Shown here: positions 48,101 to 62,789 of the stretch, piece after piece
Layout: every line of letters starts with the position of its first letter
Position numbering within the stretch: the stretch's first letter is position 1
Assembly (NCBI GenBank): GCA_002269645.1
Contig: NIVC01000763.1
Span: 1 to 64,000 of the forward strand
Reading direction: 5' to 3'
DNA from: Macrostomum lignano
Taxonomy: Eukaryota
Length of the DNA stretch: 64,000 nucleotides
Notes under the pieces: model-generated
Databases searched by the model: none
What the model was told of the DNA's origin: nothing
The model's input: only the letters and a program-made list of their open reading frames with translations
Position numbers and translations under genes: made by a program

Positions 48101-48997
48101 ATAATCCCCCTAGCTATACCTGTTAAGAGATATATAAAAACCTCATCAAAAGGAAAATATAATAGAAAAAAATTAGCTTACCATTACCATCTATAACATA
48201 TCTATATAAGCTTTTATGATTCTTAACTTGAAATCATTTTTGCATTTGTGTAATACTTTAAATATATTTATTAGATAATTGTTACAATATGCAATATAAC
48301 TTAACAAGTGATCTCAAATAGTAGAACTTTTTAGCTAGTATTCTTTTGCTCTTGTACATAGGTGTCACTTAGTTGTCCCTATATAAAAAATGCTTTTTAA
48401 AGTTGACACCACAACAATATCATAGCATAGGAGGGTTATTATAATATCCCATTGTTTAACATCAGATTGTTTTTGAAAATTTCTTAGTAACAAGCCTATT
48501 GACAAGCCTGCTAATAAAACCAAGCAGATACCTATTAAGCTGGAGAACTTTCATTAGAGCACACTTCTTAGTAGAAAAAAACCATGGGCTATACAGAATC
48601 ACATGCATAATTGATACATTGATGACACATTTGCCATTTTTAGTGTACAGTTGTGGTTAAAGAAAAAGGTTTACTGCTCTGGGCAGAGCCCTTCATTGAA
48701 AGTTTACTGTAAACCCATATTCACTTGGCTGATGCTACACTTTGATGCCCCGTGTCTGGCTAATTGGAAGGTTGGGTTAATCAAATGCCTCCCTGCATCA
48801 AGCTTTTACGAGCTCCTTGTGTGTAGCTCATGGTTAATGAAGAATCTTCATATGAAATAGTCTTGTCGGACTTTAAATAGTACTAGTAGCAAGTAATATA
48901 GTGAGTGTTAGTAGTACATATATAAAAATAGACAAATTTGTCTCCGTCTATCGCATGCATGTGCTAGCCGGATTAACCAACAACCAACCAGCCAATC

Positions 48998-49453
48998 ATG
49001 GGTCGCATGCACACACCCGGCAAAGGCCTCAGCCAATCCGCTCTGCCCTATCGTCGCTCTGTGCCGCTCTGGCTGAAACTGAGCGCCGATGACGTCATCG
49101 ATCAGATCTGCAAGCTGGCTAAGAAGGGCCTGACACCATCGCAGATTGGTGTCATCCTGAGGGACTCGCATGGTGTCGCCCAGGCCCGCTGGGTGGCCGG
49201 CAACAAGATCCTGCGCATTCTGAAGGCCAAGGGCCTGGCCGCCAGCCTGCCAGAGGATCTGTACTATCTCATCAAGAAGGCCGTGGCCATTCGCAAGCAC
49301 CTGGAGCGCAATCGCAAGGACAAGGACTCGAAGTTCCGTCTGATTCTGGTTGAGAGTCGCATTCACCGGTTGGCCAGGTACTACAAGACTCGGGGCACTC
49401 TGCCTAGCAACTGGAAGTACGAGTCGTCTACCGCTTCGACTCTGGTTGCGTAA
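48998..49453 (+). CDS. RPS13: 40S ribosomal protein S13 (uS15), 151 aa, intronless
   Basis: [94 protein letters not shown]. Confidence 0.99.
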   Translation: MGRMHTPGKGLSQSALPYRRSVPLWLKLSADDVIDQICKLAKKGLTPSQIGVILRDSHGVAQARWVAGNKILRILKAKGLAASLPEDLYYLIKKAVAIRKHLERNRKDKDSKFRLILVESRIHRLARYYKTRGTLPSNWKYESSTASTLVA

Positions 49454-49789
49454 ATGACAGCTTGTTTGATTGCTCAGTAGCCAGTGATGGTTCTGACAGA
49501 TGGCCGGCGAGTTTCCCAGTGTTCTTATTGTTGATTGGCTGAATTCGAGAACTCGAATAAATAAATATTAACAGCGAACAGTTGGCCAATCCCCTGTCTC
49601 TCATTTGGCGAGCCGCAGTGGCGCTCATTGGAAGAAAAATTATTCAATTGGCAAGCTTTTGTTTGTTTGTCTCCAGTGTTTTTGATGCGGAATTGGTGCT
49701 GGTTATGACTAACAGTTCGATATTGTGCTTTTTCCGTCAGATCGCATCCTGTGTTTGACTGTCTAGCACACAGCACACCTGAGTGTCAG

Positions 49790-50085
49790 TTGCTGGGCCA
49801 GCCTCCCAGATCCTCAGTTGCTGGGCCAGTCTCCCAGATCCTCAGTTGCTGGGCCAATCTTCCAGATCCTCAGTTGCTGGGCCAGCCTCCCAGATCCTCA
49901 GTTGCTGGGTCAGCCTCCCAGATCCTCAGTTGCTGGGCCAGCCTCCGAGATCCTCAGTTCCTGGGTCAGCCTCCCAGATCCTCAGCTGCTGGGCCAGCCT
50001 TCCAGATCCTCAGTTGCTGGGTCAGCCTCCCAGATCCTCAGTTGCTGGGCCAGCCTTCCAGATCCTCAGTTGCTGGGCCGCCGCC
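49790..50085. repeat. 28-bp minisatellite (same family as EHBP1 intron 1, reverse complement)
   Basis: Unit GATCCTCAGTTGCTGGGCCAGCCTCCCA. Confidence 0.95.
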
Positions 50086-50865
50086 ATCCCAGATCGGAAG
50101 GCAGATCATGGCACTGATACATAGCCTGGTCAGAATGAATCACTCTACAATGACAGTACATCTTAGTACTCGTAGTTTGCTACTGCTCGCTACTAACAGT
50201 AGTTTCTGTTCTTCAAGTCGTTTATTTTTAGACACTGGTGCTTTCCTGGCTATTGCAACGCTTGGTTAAAGTTTACCTAATTATTTTACTTTCTTCGGCT
50301 GCAAAAGTCAATAGCCGAGATGAACTAATATAAGCTAACCAAAGTAGTATCATGGGCATATCGAATGGTCGATTTTGTTGCGCTTCTTTCAAAAAAACTA
50401 ACTGGGTACGGTATCTCTGATCCTGAAGCTACACTAAACTGAAGCCCCGCTCTTGTCTATCCCCCTCATCCCAAAGCGGCTGGGGGAGAGATTTTGCTGC
50501 AGAAATCAATCCCCACGGGGAACCTACCCAATGCCAAGAAAACCAGCGTACACAGTCAGTGCTGCCCCCAAGCCTTGTGTACGGATTGTACTTAGCAGCG
50601 CGTCCTTTTCCCCGCTGTAGGCAAAATGAAAGGTCTTTCCTTACCCTCCGCTCCTACCCGTGCAGACTCCACACCCTTGGGCCAGCTTTATCTGTTGGTC
50701 GAATTCCTCAACAAGAAGTTGGAAGGTGTTCTTTTCTCTGCATCTGCTAGCCGCGTAGCAAGATCCAATAAGCGAGCAGAGGTAAGCTATTGAGGTTTTC
50801 AATTAATTCGTTCTTTTTGTAATTTTGTACCTATATTCATTTTATCACGAGATTATGACACAACC

Positions 50866-51550
50866 CTCCCAGATCCTCAGTTGCTGGGCCAGCCTCCCAG
50901 ATCCTCAGTTGCTGGGCCAGCCTCCCAGATCCCCAGTTGCTGGGCCAGCCTCCCAGATCCACAGTTGCTGGGCCAGCCTCCCAGATCCTCAGCTGCTGGG
51001 CCAGCCTCCCAGATCCTCAGTTGCTGGGCCAGCCTCCCAGATCCCCAGTTGCTGGGCCAGCCTCCCAGATCCCCAGTTGCTGGGCCAGCCTCCCAGATCC
51101 TCAGTTGCTGGGCCAGCCTCCCAGATCCTCAGCTGCTGGGCCAGCCTCCCAGATCCCCAGTTGCTGGGCCAGCCTCCCAGATCCCCAGTTGCTGGGCCAG
51201 CCTCCCAGATCCCCAGTTGCTGGGCTAGCCTCCCAGATCCTCAGCTGCTGGGCCAGCCTCCCAGATCCCCAGTTGCTGGGCCAGCCTCCCAGATCCCCAG
51301 TTGCTGGGCCAGCCTCCCAGATCCCCAGTTGCTGGGCCAGCCTCCCAGATCCCCAGTTGCTGGGCCAGCCTCCCAGATCCTCAGCTGCTGGGCCAGCCTT
51401 CCAGATCCTCTGTTGCTGGGCCATCCCAGTCTCCAAGATCCTCTGTTGCTGGGCCATCCCAGTCTCCAAGATCCTCAGTTGCTGGGCCATCCCAGTCTCC
51501 AAGATCCTCAGTTGCTGGGCCATCCCAGTCTCCAAGATCCTATGCTTCTG
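50866..51550. repeat. 28-bp minisatellite, third block of the same family
   Basis: Same unit; changes to GATCCTCTGTTGCTGGGCCATCCCAGTCTCCAA at the right end. Confidence 0.95.
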
Positions 51551-52143
51551 GGCTCCGTCCCTAATATATTCTTTCTAAAGTCTAGTACGAGTTTAAGGAA
51601 TATATATAAGTAACTATTAATCTTGCATAAAAGTGCAAATTACATAGAGCTGCAACTTGAATTGGTTTGGTGTGACCAGCGGAGCATGCCACTGCACCGG
51701 ATGCATGCTCAGGTTTAGCAGGTGGACTTAAAAAGTTAATTTCAGCCAGCCAACAAATACGCTACATATGGGGGTACACAGAGCCTCGAGCTAAATACGC
51801 TTTTTTCGGTTGCATTCTAAGAAAGAAAAACATTTGCATTGAAAGAAAGGATTGAGAGAAGCAGCTGCGAGTTTGCACAGAGATGATGTGCTTCTTTATG
51901 CCTTGCGGTGAGTTCTGCGCAGAGTTGTTTGCCTCCTCTGCTGAACTCAGTTTTTTTAGAGGGCTGGGGAGTGCGGAGACCAGAGCGTGGGTCAGGCTTG
52001 CATGTCGGTTGGCTCTGGACTCCTGTTTCTGTGCAGTGTAAGAAGTATACTTAAAATAGAGGTCAACTGAGCCAGAATAGAGAAGAACAAAAAGTTTTCA
52101 AGTTAAAGCAATGTAGAATATTTCTGAGCACTGCTGGAGCACA

Positions 52144-56051
<3,908 letters not shown>

Positions 56052-56615
56052 ACTGGCGTGTTTAATTTTTCACTGTAACTCGAATCTATCACACATTTGA
56101 ATTTGCGCTACTTAGAATAAGCAGTTGATTAAGTAGTATAATTTGCTTTTTGTTACGTTTTTTTACTAAGCCCGTTTTGTAACCGCCCGCCTTTTAGCTC
56201 TGTGTATTTTATAAAGATAGTTCTTTTTGCTAATAATATAGAAACCGTTTTGCTTCCTATTGGTGCAATAATATTTAAGCTACCGGCAAATTACCTTTTT
56301 ATAGTAGTATGTAGCGGGCATAGCTATTGACTGAAATTTATTGTTTTTTTCAACTGTCTTGCATGCGATTACAATTAGTGTTTTAATGTTAATTTTGAAA
56401 TACAAATCAAGTGCTTCAATATCGTTTGCTCGCCTCGGGACCACTGTTCAAAATGTCTATGGTAATTTAGTTCAAGGCAATGACCGGTCATTGTTTGGAA
56501 TTTTTAGAAGTGGTATAATTTTTTAAGTTAACGCGTAAATTTTAAACTTAACATATAACAATCAAAAGCACACTTTTAGCTATAGTTAATTCGTCGCACA
56601 AATGTCTCACAAAAT

Positions 56616-56996
56616 TTAGTTGAACTTGCATTGATTAAAGCTGCATCCATTGAAACTGAACTTAGCCACAGGGTTGTCGTGACTATCGTAGTTCTCACTC
56701 GCTAGGAAATTAAGGAAGCGTTCACCGTGAATGTACATCTGCTTCCTCGTTTCGGCAGGTAGGCTTTCAATTTCTACTCGATCCATCTCGTTAACATCAA
56801 GTTTCTCGCCATCTAGGCACGGCAGTTCATCGTTAGAACGATCACTTTGAATGTAGTCAAGGAACGCGGCAAAGTCGTCGTCGCGTCGGTCGATGTTTGA
56901 AGTCTCGGAAATAAAGTTCAGTTCGAACGAGTCGACATTGCCTGATTCGTCGATAGGCAGATTGCGCCAATTGATTGGAAAATGAATGCCTTCCAT
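56616..56996 (-). mobile_element. Crypton-like internally deleted ORF (126 aa)
   Basis: Acidic N-terminus and LPAETRKQ..GERFLNFLASENYD joined directly to FSFNGCSFNQCKFN*, which resembles the F.NC.F tail seen on DUF3504/Crypton-type proteins. Bracketed by ATGTCTATGGT (56453-56463) and ACCATAGACAT (57067-57077). Confidence 0.5.
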
Positions 56997-57485
56997 TCTA
57001 TCGCGACTCTATGAAATTGATTCTACTCTCCCGATGAACAGCGACTCTTTAAACTCCGTCGTCTTGACCATAGACATATCATTCTCTATGATTTCGTGTG
57101 TTCTGCCGCTGTCTGGAACTGAACTAACTGATTTTTTCTAACCCTTGGCTTTTACCATAGACGTGGCAGATATTAAGATGTGGGTGAAATCCACACCCCC
57201 ATTTCCGTCCCCCACCCACTTTGATTTCTAACCCCTAGCTGACAATTTGGACAATGATGTCGTCTGGAATTGAGATTTCAGTTAATGGGCAAATTGACAC
57301 TCGCGCTACGCACGCTCGTTATTAACTGAAATCTCAATTCCAGACAACCACCCATTAAATGCAGCCTCGGACATTCTAACCACAGAATGCGAATTAAACG
57401 GCGTTTATTATTTACTTAATCCAAGATACGCTTTCCAATGTAGCGGAGCTTTTGTCCATGGCAGCAAGGCTGGCGCAGTGACATT

Positions 57486-57916
57486 TAATTTGGTCCAACA
57501 AGCATCAATTTGATCCAAACGCGCGTGAGCCATTCGGCAAGCTCTTGCCTTCTAGCAACCGTCTGCAGGTTGTTGCGCACCGCTGGAATGTCAGCGTGTC
57601 TACCAACAGTTTTCAGTCGCTTTTCCAGAGCTCTGCTGATAGTCGAAGTCCGATGGCCAACTGGAACTGTTCCTTCAACTTCTGCTGCATTTTCTGCAAC
57701 GTCAACAAAGGGTTCGTCTCAATTGCAAAGAGTAGCAGTTGGACCTGAGGCTCTGGCAATCTTGCAATGTCTTTTTGGTGTTAACCTCTATCGAGTGCTT
57801 CGATCACAAGCCAATGGCATTCGTTCGACAGCCTAGCATATGGCTAATCTTGCTTCTCCTCCGCAGCAGTTGCAGATGAAGCTATGAACTAAATTGATGC
57901 TTGTTGGACCAGATTA
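57486..57916 (-). mobile_element. Internally deleted IS630/Tc1-like element with 26-bp TIRs
   Basis: TAATTTGGTCCAACAAGCATCAATTT / AAATTGATGCTTGTTGGACCAGATTA (one mismatch, TA at both ends). The decayed frame RLSNE..VIEALDRG..IETNPLLTLQKMQQKLKEQF..STISRAL..RNNLQTVARRQELAEWL resembles the transposase at 1-555 and stops before the DDE domain. Confidence 0.75.
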
Positions 57917-58488
57917 GGATTTTAAGAACGTCTCTCAGGACGTCAAATTTGAGTAGTCTGTAAACATGGGGTCTGCAGGGCAGAGCCTGTGCTGCTATTT
58001 TATTTGGTTTTTAAACTTTTTGACTGACGCCAACTGGCACAGTGATCCTACTATTTGCTTGGATACGGCTAACTTTGAGACATTTTGGCGGTTATGAGGA
58101 ATCCTGTAGGATGTCGCGCTGAGAGTCCGCCGTTCGTAGTCTGTCATTTTTCGCGGTACCATAGCTCATACGCGCACTATTATAATTTGCCCATTTCTAC
58201 AACATCGATCAACAGATTAAAGGCAGTATATGTACAATAAAGCTAGAAGTGTACATACACTGGCTGTATTGTCTATGGCAAAGCCAGCTAAAATCTTGAC
58301 ACAGAAGTGTAAAGTAACGATAGATCTTCAAAACTTTGCTGTAGAGTCTATGGTAAAAAGCATCGTCAAACTTTTTTCCAACTCCGTATTTACTTAAAGG
58401 TTGTTAACTATACTATCTGAATCCACTGTTTCAATTCAACTAATAAACTGCTTGTTATACGACGTAAATGAAAATAGAGGAGAACTGA

Positions 58489-60061
58489 ATGCCGTTATCG
58501 ACGCGGAAAAGTAGCCGATCAGGCAGATTGACAGCCTATTGGCTAGCTGTGTGTATCGTACACCAACTGGTTCTGTTCAAGCCAGTTCTCGCTATTCGAT
58601 GCTTCAAAACTTCAATAGGTTCAACGGCGCACGACGTTGATTGCGGGCCTCTGGCCAGAGCCTGTCGAACCATTGTGAAGCCGTATAAGACGCAAAATAA
58701 TAGCGCCGTGACCAATTGCATCGACAATCAGTTTTTCGGCAGGTACATCTTCGACTGCGCTGTAGAGTGCCCGTTGCGGAAGCAGGATCAGTACTGGAAC
58801 GAGATGGAGTGTTGCACAAGCAACATGTGCAACACCGCTGCCACCCTGATGTCTCGGAGATTTTGCTACATTTCTAAGGGTGAAAATTCTACAGCGAATG
58901 ATGATATCAAGGTACGTGATCCCATGCGACCTGTATTGTTCTGAAGCATCCCGTTTTTCTCCAAGATTAATGAAATTAAGAAGAGTATATGCTCGTAACT
59001 GCATCAACGATTTGAGTCATTGTTTTCTATTTAAGTTAATGTCAATTATACAAGGAAGATGGGAGTTGAGAATACAGGAATTCCCATTAGAGAGGATATG
59101 GGAATACAAGGATCAGAGAGGGGAGATGGGAATACAGGGATCAGAGATAGATGGGAATACAGGGATCAGAGATAGATGGGAATACAGGGATCAGAGAGGG
59201 GAGATGGGAGTACAGGGATCAGAGAGAGGAGATGGGAATACAGGGATCAGAGAGAGGAGATGGGAATATAGGGATCAGAGAGGAGATGGGAATATAGGGA
59301 TCAGAGAGGAGATGGGAATATAGGGATCAGAGAGGGGAGATGGGAATATAGGGATCAGAGAGAGGAGATGGGAATATAGGGATCAGAGAGGAGATGGGAA
59401 TATAGGGATCAGAGAGGGGAGATGGGAATATAGGGATCAGAGAGAGGAGATGGGAATATAGGGATCAGAGAGGAGATGGGAATATAGGGATCAGAGAGGG
59501 GAGATGGGAATATAGGGATCAGAGAGAGGAGATGGGAATATAGGGATCAGAGAGGAGATGGGAATATAGGGATCAGAGAGGGGAGATGGGAATACAGGGA
59601 TCAGAGAGAGGAGATGGGAATATAGGGATCAGAGAGGAGATGGGAATACAGGGATATTAGAGAGGAGATGGGAATATAGGGATCAGAGAGAGATGAAAAT
59701 GCAGAAGTGTAATAGAAAAGATGCCGAATGCAGAGAGGAGACTTGTGCCCTAGACTAAAGTCTATATGAATCAGATTTCTACACGCTCACACAGCCCTGC
59801 AATCAGCCGAAACGCTGCGGCGTGAACCTGAAGACCGATGAGACGCGGTGTCTAGAGGAGGCGCAGTGCAACGAAGCGGATTGGAAATGCTGTTCCGGAG
59901 AGGCCTGCCTAAGCAAATGGGGCGTGGAGAAGGTGAGCAGCCGCTTAGTCGAAGACGAGAGCAGCGGAGTTGGACGCTTATTGGTGTCCCTGTGGATTGT
60001 CGCGATGGCCTCCGTGGCGCAGTACCCTCTCTTCTGCTGCACGGCTGTGCTGCTTGGTTAA
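58489..60061 (+). CDS. Ly6/uPAR (three-finger)-like protein with two Cys-rich domains, probably GPI-anchored, 225-229 aa
   Basis: join(58489..58911,59795 or 59807..60061), AAG|GTACGT donor, both acceptors in phase 0. Signal-like N-terminus ending VLA-IRCF; domain 1 ends ECCTSNMCN; domain 2 starts RRFCY and ends KCCSGEACL; hydrophobic C-terminus. Confidence 0.78.
59095..59695. repeat. 26-29-bp minisatellite in the Ly6-like gene intron
   Basis: Unit GATGGGAATATAGGGATCAGAGAGGA with variable GA length. Confidence 0.95.
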
Positions 60062-60289
60062 ACAGTGCTGTTTGATTAATAAAAACTCTTTAGAGAATAC
60101 GTTAACAAACCTGTTAATAAACTGCTTGTCAGATATCGGTAATTAAAATTTCAAAACATAATCACCAGCTTTAGTTATAAGCAAGTTGCCGACAGCAAAA
60201 AAATAGGCAGAGTTGTGTTACTTATTTTGTTCAAAGTTGATGCGCTTGTACAGGCGTGCGATAATTGATCAGTACTATGGAACACCTCC

Positions 60290-60445
60290 CAGTCTCTCAG
60301 CTGTCTGTCCTTCAGCCTGTCTCTTGGCCTGTCTGTCTGTCCTTCAGCCTGTCTCTTGGCCTGTCTGTCTGTCCTTCAGCCTGTCTCTTGGCCTGTCTGT
60401 CTGTCCTTCAGCCTGTCTCTTGGCCTGTCTGTCTGTCCTTCAGCC
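60290..60445. repeat. About 35-bp CTGT-rich minisatellite
   Basis: Unit CTGTCTGTCCTTCAGCCTGTCTCTTGGCCTGT-like, about 4 copies. Confidence 0.9.
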
Positions 60446-60469
60446 ATACAAGTGAACGCAAGGCGGACG

Positions 60470-60930
60470 AGCTTCAGCCTAGGGGGCAGGTCCAATCTAG
60501 CTCAGCCAATGAGAGAGCAGTAAGGAGAGAGGTCAAAGTCAGATGGACGAAAACTCAGCCTAGAGGGCAGGCCTAATCTAGCTCAGCCAATGAGAGAGCA
60601 GTAAGGAGAGAGGTCAAAGTCAGATGGACGAAAACTCAGCCTAGAGGGCAGGCCTAATCTAGCTCAGCCAATGAGAGAGCAGTAAGGAGAGAGGTCCAAG
60701 TCAGACGGACAAAAACTCAGCCGGCCCAATCTAGCTCAGCCAATGAGAGAGCAGTAGGGATGGAGGTTAGGCGGACACGCGGGAAATTGGAAAGCCAAAC
60801 TGTTTATCGGTCTGGCTGGGGACTGGCGCTTTAAAAGCTTTAAATATCTTGTAAAATTTAATACTGTTTTTCAGTCCTTCAAATATAAAATCAAAAACGC
60901 CATTTTTGCTACTAAAAAGAGTAGATATCT
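60470..60930 (+). repeat. Composite dispersed repeat (81-bp units + unique 3' segment), copy 2
   Basis: TCTAGCTCAGCCAATGAGAGAGCAG at 60496, 60577, 60658 (81-bp spacing); downstream segment shared with 28698-28960. Confidence 0.85.
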
Positions 60931-61649
60931 AGCTATTTTAGTAAGTAGTAATAATCGATAATGTTGAATAATTTTCAGAACACTTACAAAAAGATTTAAA
61001 CGCACGGAAAAAAGTTTCAGTTGAAAATTAATGGTTTATTTTTTACTATTAAATATATCACCATGACGCTTAGCGAAAGTCCTTTATAATAGTGGCAATC
61101 AACTAATTAATTTTATTTTAAATTAATTAACAGGCCTGCTTTATAGTGCAACTATACGTCATATTTATTCATTTATAAAATAACTAATGAAAGTAAAAAT
61201 AACAAAAGTTGCCAGGAACAATTTTCATGTGTTTAGTTAACGCACTTTTCTATCGAATGAATGCAACGAGCAGATTGTCGAGCAAATTTGTTTTCATTTC
61301 TATTTAACAGCAACAACAAGTGCATCAGTTTTTGACAAATTTGCTCTACTGTATAAATTTAAAAGCAAGTTTTCTACTGTATCAGTCAGCTCCATGGGCG
61401 CGGGTGTCACCAGCGCTGAATCGGAAATCCAATTCTTATACGGCATTAAATACTCCAAAATATACATTAGGCGAAAGTTTTAAAAAATGCACACACACTC
61501 GCCTATGATACTACTCAGCTACTTAGTAATATAATATAATATAATACAGATACATTTTAAACACAAAAATATGATTATTTATAATTAGAGGTAAAAAATA
61601 AATTGTTAAGAACGCTTCGGAAGAGGATGCCGCAGTCAAAAGTTGGCGT

Positions 61650-61801
61650 TCACCTGCCTCCAGTTCTGGAGTTCGAGGTCAGCCACGTCAGGCCCTCGTA
61701 CAGTCCTTCACCGGAGGTGGCGCAGGCGGGCTGCACGTACCAGACTCGGTCTGTCAGGTGGCTGAGGCTGAGCCTGTCCTGGATCTCGTTTGGTCTCATG
61801 G
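61650..61801 (-). CDS. ARF6: Last coding exon of an ADP-ribosylation factor, ARF6-like (upstream exons outside the window)
   Basis: Acceptor CCCCTGCAG|CC then [71 protein letters not shown] matches the class III ARF C-terminus. Missed by the ORF track. Confidence 0.88.
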
Positions 61802-61844
61802 CTGCAGGGGTTGAGTAGCATTAGTGTGAGCATAGAATGGCATT

Positions 61845-62050
61845 AGGTTCAGTATATAATAGAACATCATTAGGTTCAGTATATAATAGAACATCATTAG
61901 GTTCAGTATATAATAGAACATCATTAGGTTCAGTATTAGAAAAACTTTAGGTCCAGTATATAATAGAACATCATTAGGTTCAGTATTAGAAGAGCATTAG
62001 GTTCAGGATTAGAAAGAGCATTAGGTTCAGTATTACAACGGGATTAGGTT
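61845..62050. repeat. 27-bp minisatellite, ARF intron
   Basis: Unit TTAGGTTCAGTATATAATAGAACATCA. Confidence 0.9.
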
Positions 62051-62369
62051 CAGCATTAGAATAACACTAGCAATCTAGCGCGGCCCCCCTTCGGGGCGCC
62101 CAATAAGAAAGGAGCAAAAATAGTTCACGGAAAACAATAAAAAAGCACAGTTTCTTAAACACCAATTCCTTCTTCACTTTTAAAAATCACCTTAGCTTGT
62201 ATTCGGGTAAAATTGTCACGGACAAAGATGTTTAAAAAGTGAAAGAATCACTTTTTCTCTAAAATTAACAAACAGACAACGAAATATAGCTTCCCCTAAA
62301 TAGAAAATATTCCCAAGACAGCAAGCACCCCCCTCCAAAAGTAAACAACCGCAGATAGCAAGCATCCTC

Positions 62370-62612
62370 TAATGCTCATAGCAAGCATCACCCCAGATAG
62401 CAAGCATCTGCAGATAGCAAGCACCCCCCAGATATTATCGAAGCATCCACATTAATAGCAAGCATCCTGCAGATAGCAAGAATCCCTAAATAGCAAGCAT
62501 CCCTGGATAGAAAGAATCCCATACATGCAGCCAGTACCCCCCTCCCAAATAGCAAGTATCCCCCCTCGAGAGCAAGCATCCTCCAGATAGCAAGCATCCG
62601 CGAGACAGCAAG
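62370..62612. repeat. Degenerate about 20-bp tandem repeat, ARF intron
   Basis: Recurrent GATAGCAAGCATCC core. Confidence 0.8.
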
Positions 62613-62789
62613 TAGCTAGTGCAAATGTTACCTCCGCTAATGCAATAATCGCTTTCTCAGGTTGTGCAACAATCCACGTCTCAGTGAGCGCAATAATCTC
62701 TTTTAGACAGCGCAATAATCAGCTTCTCAGCTAGTGCAATAATCCTTTACTAATCAAGTCCAAAAATCGATGTCTCAGCTAGTGCAATA

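Noticed and set aside
48908-49366. 152-aa ORF antisense to RPS13, and similar antisense ORFs over EHBP1, KDELR and the cGLR
   Set aside because: Shadow ORFs produced by GC-rich codon usage of real genes; no motifs.
49454-49560. Possible U14 or other C/D snoRNA next to RPS13 (GTGATGGTTCTGA)
   Set aside because: No complete box C, the U14 18S-complementary domains are absent, and there is no host intron.
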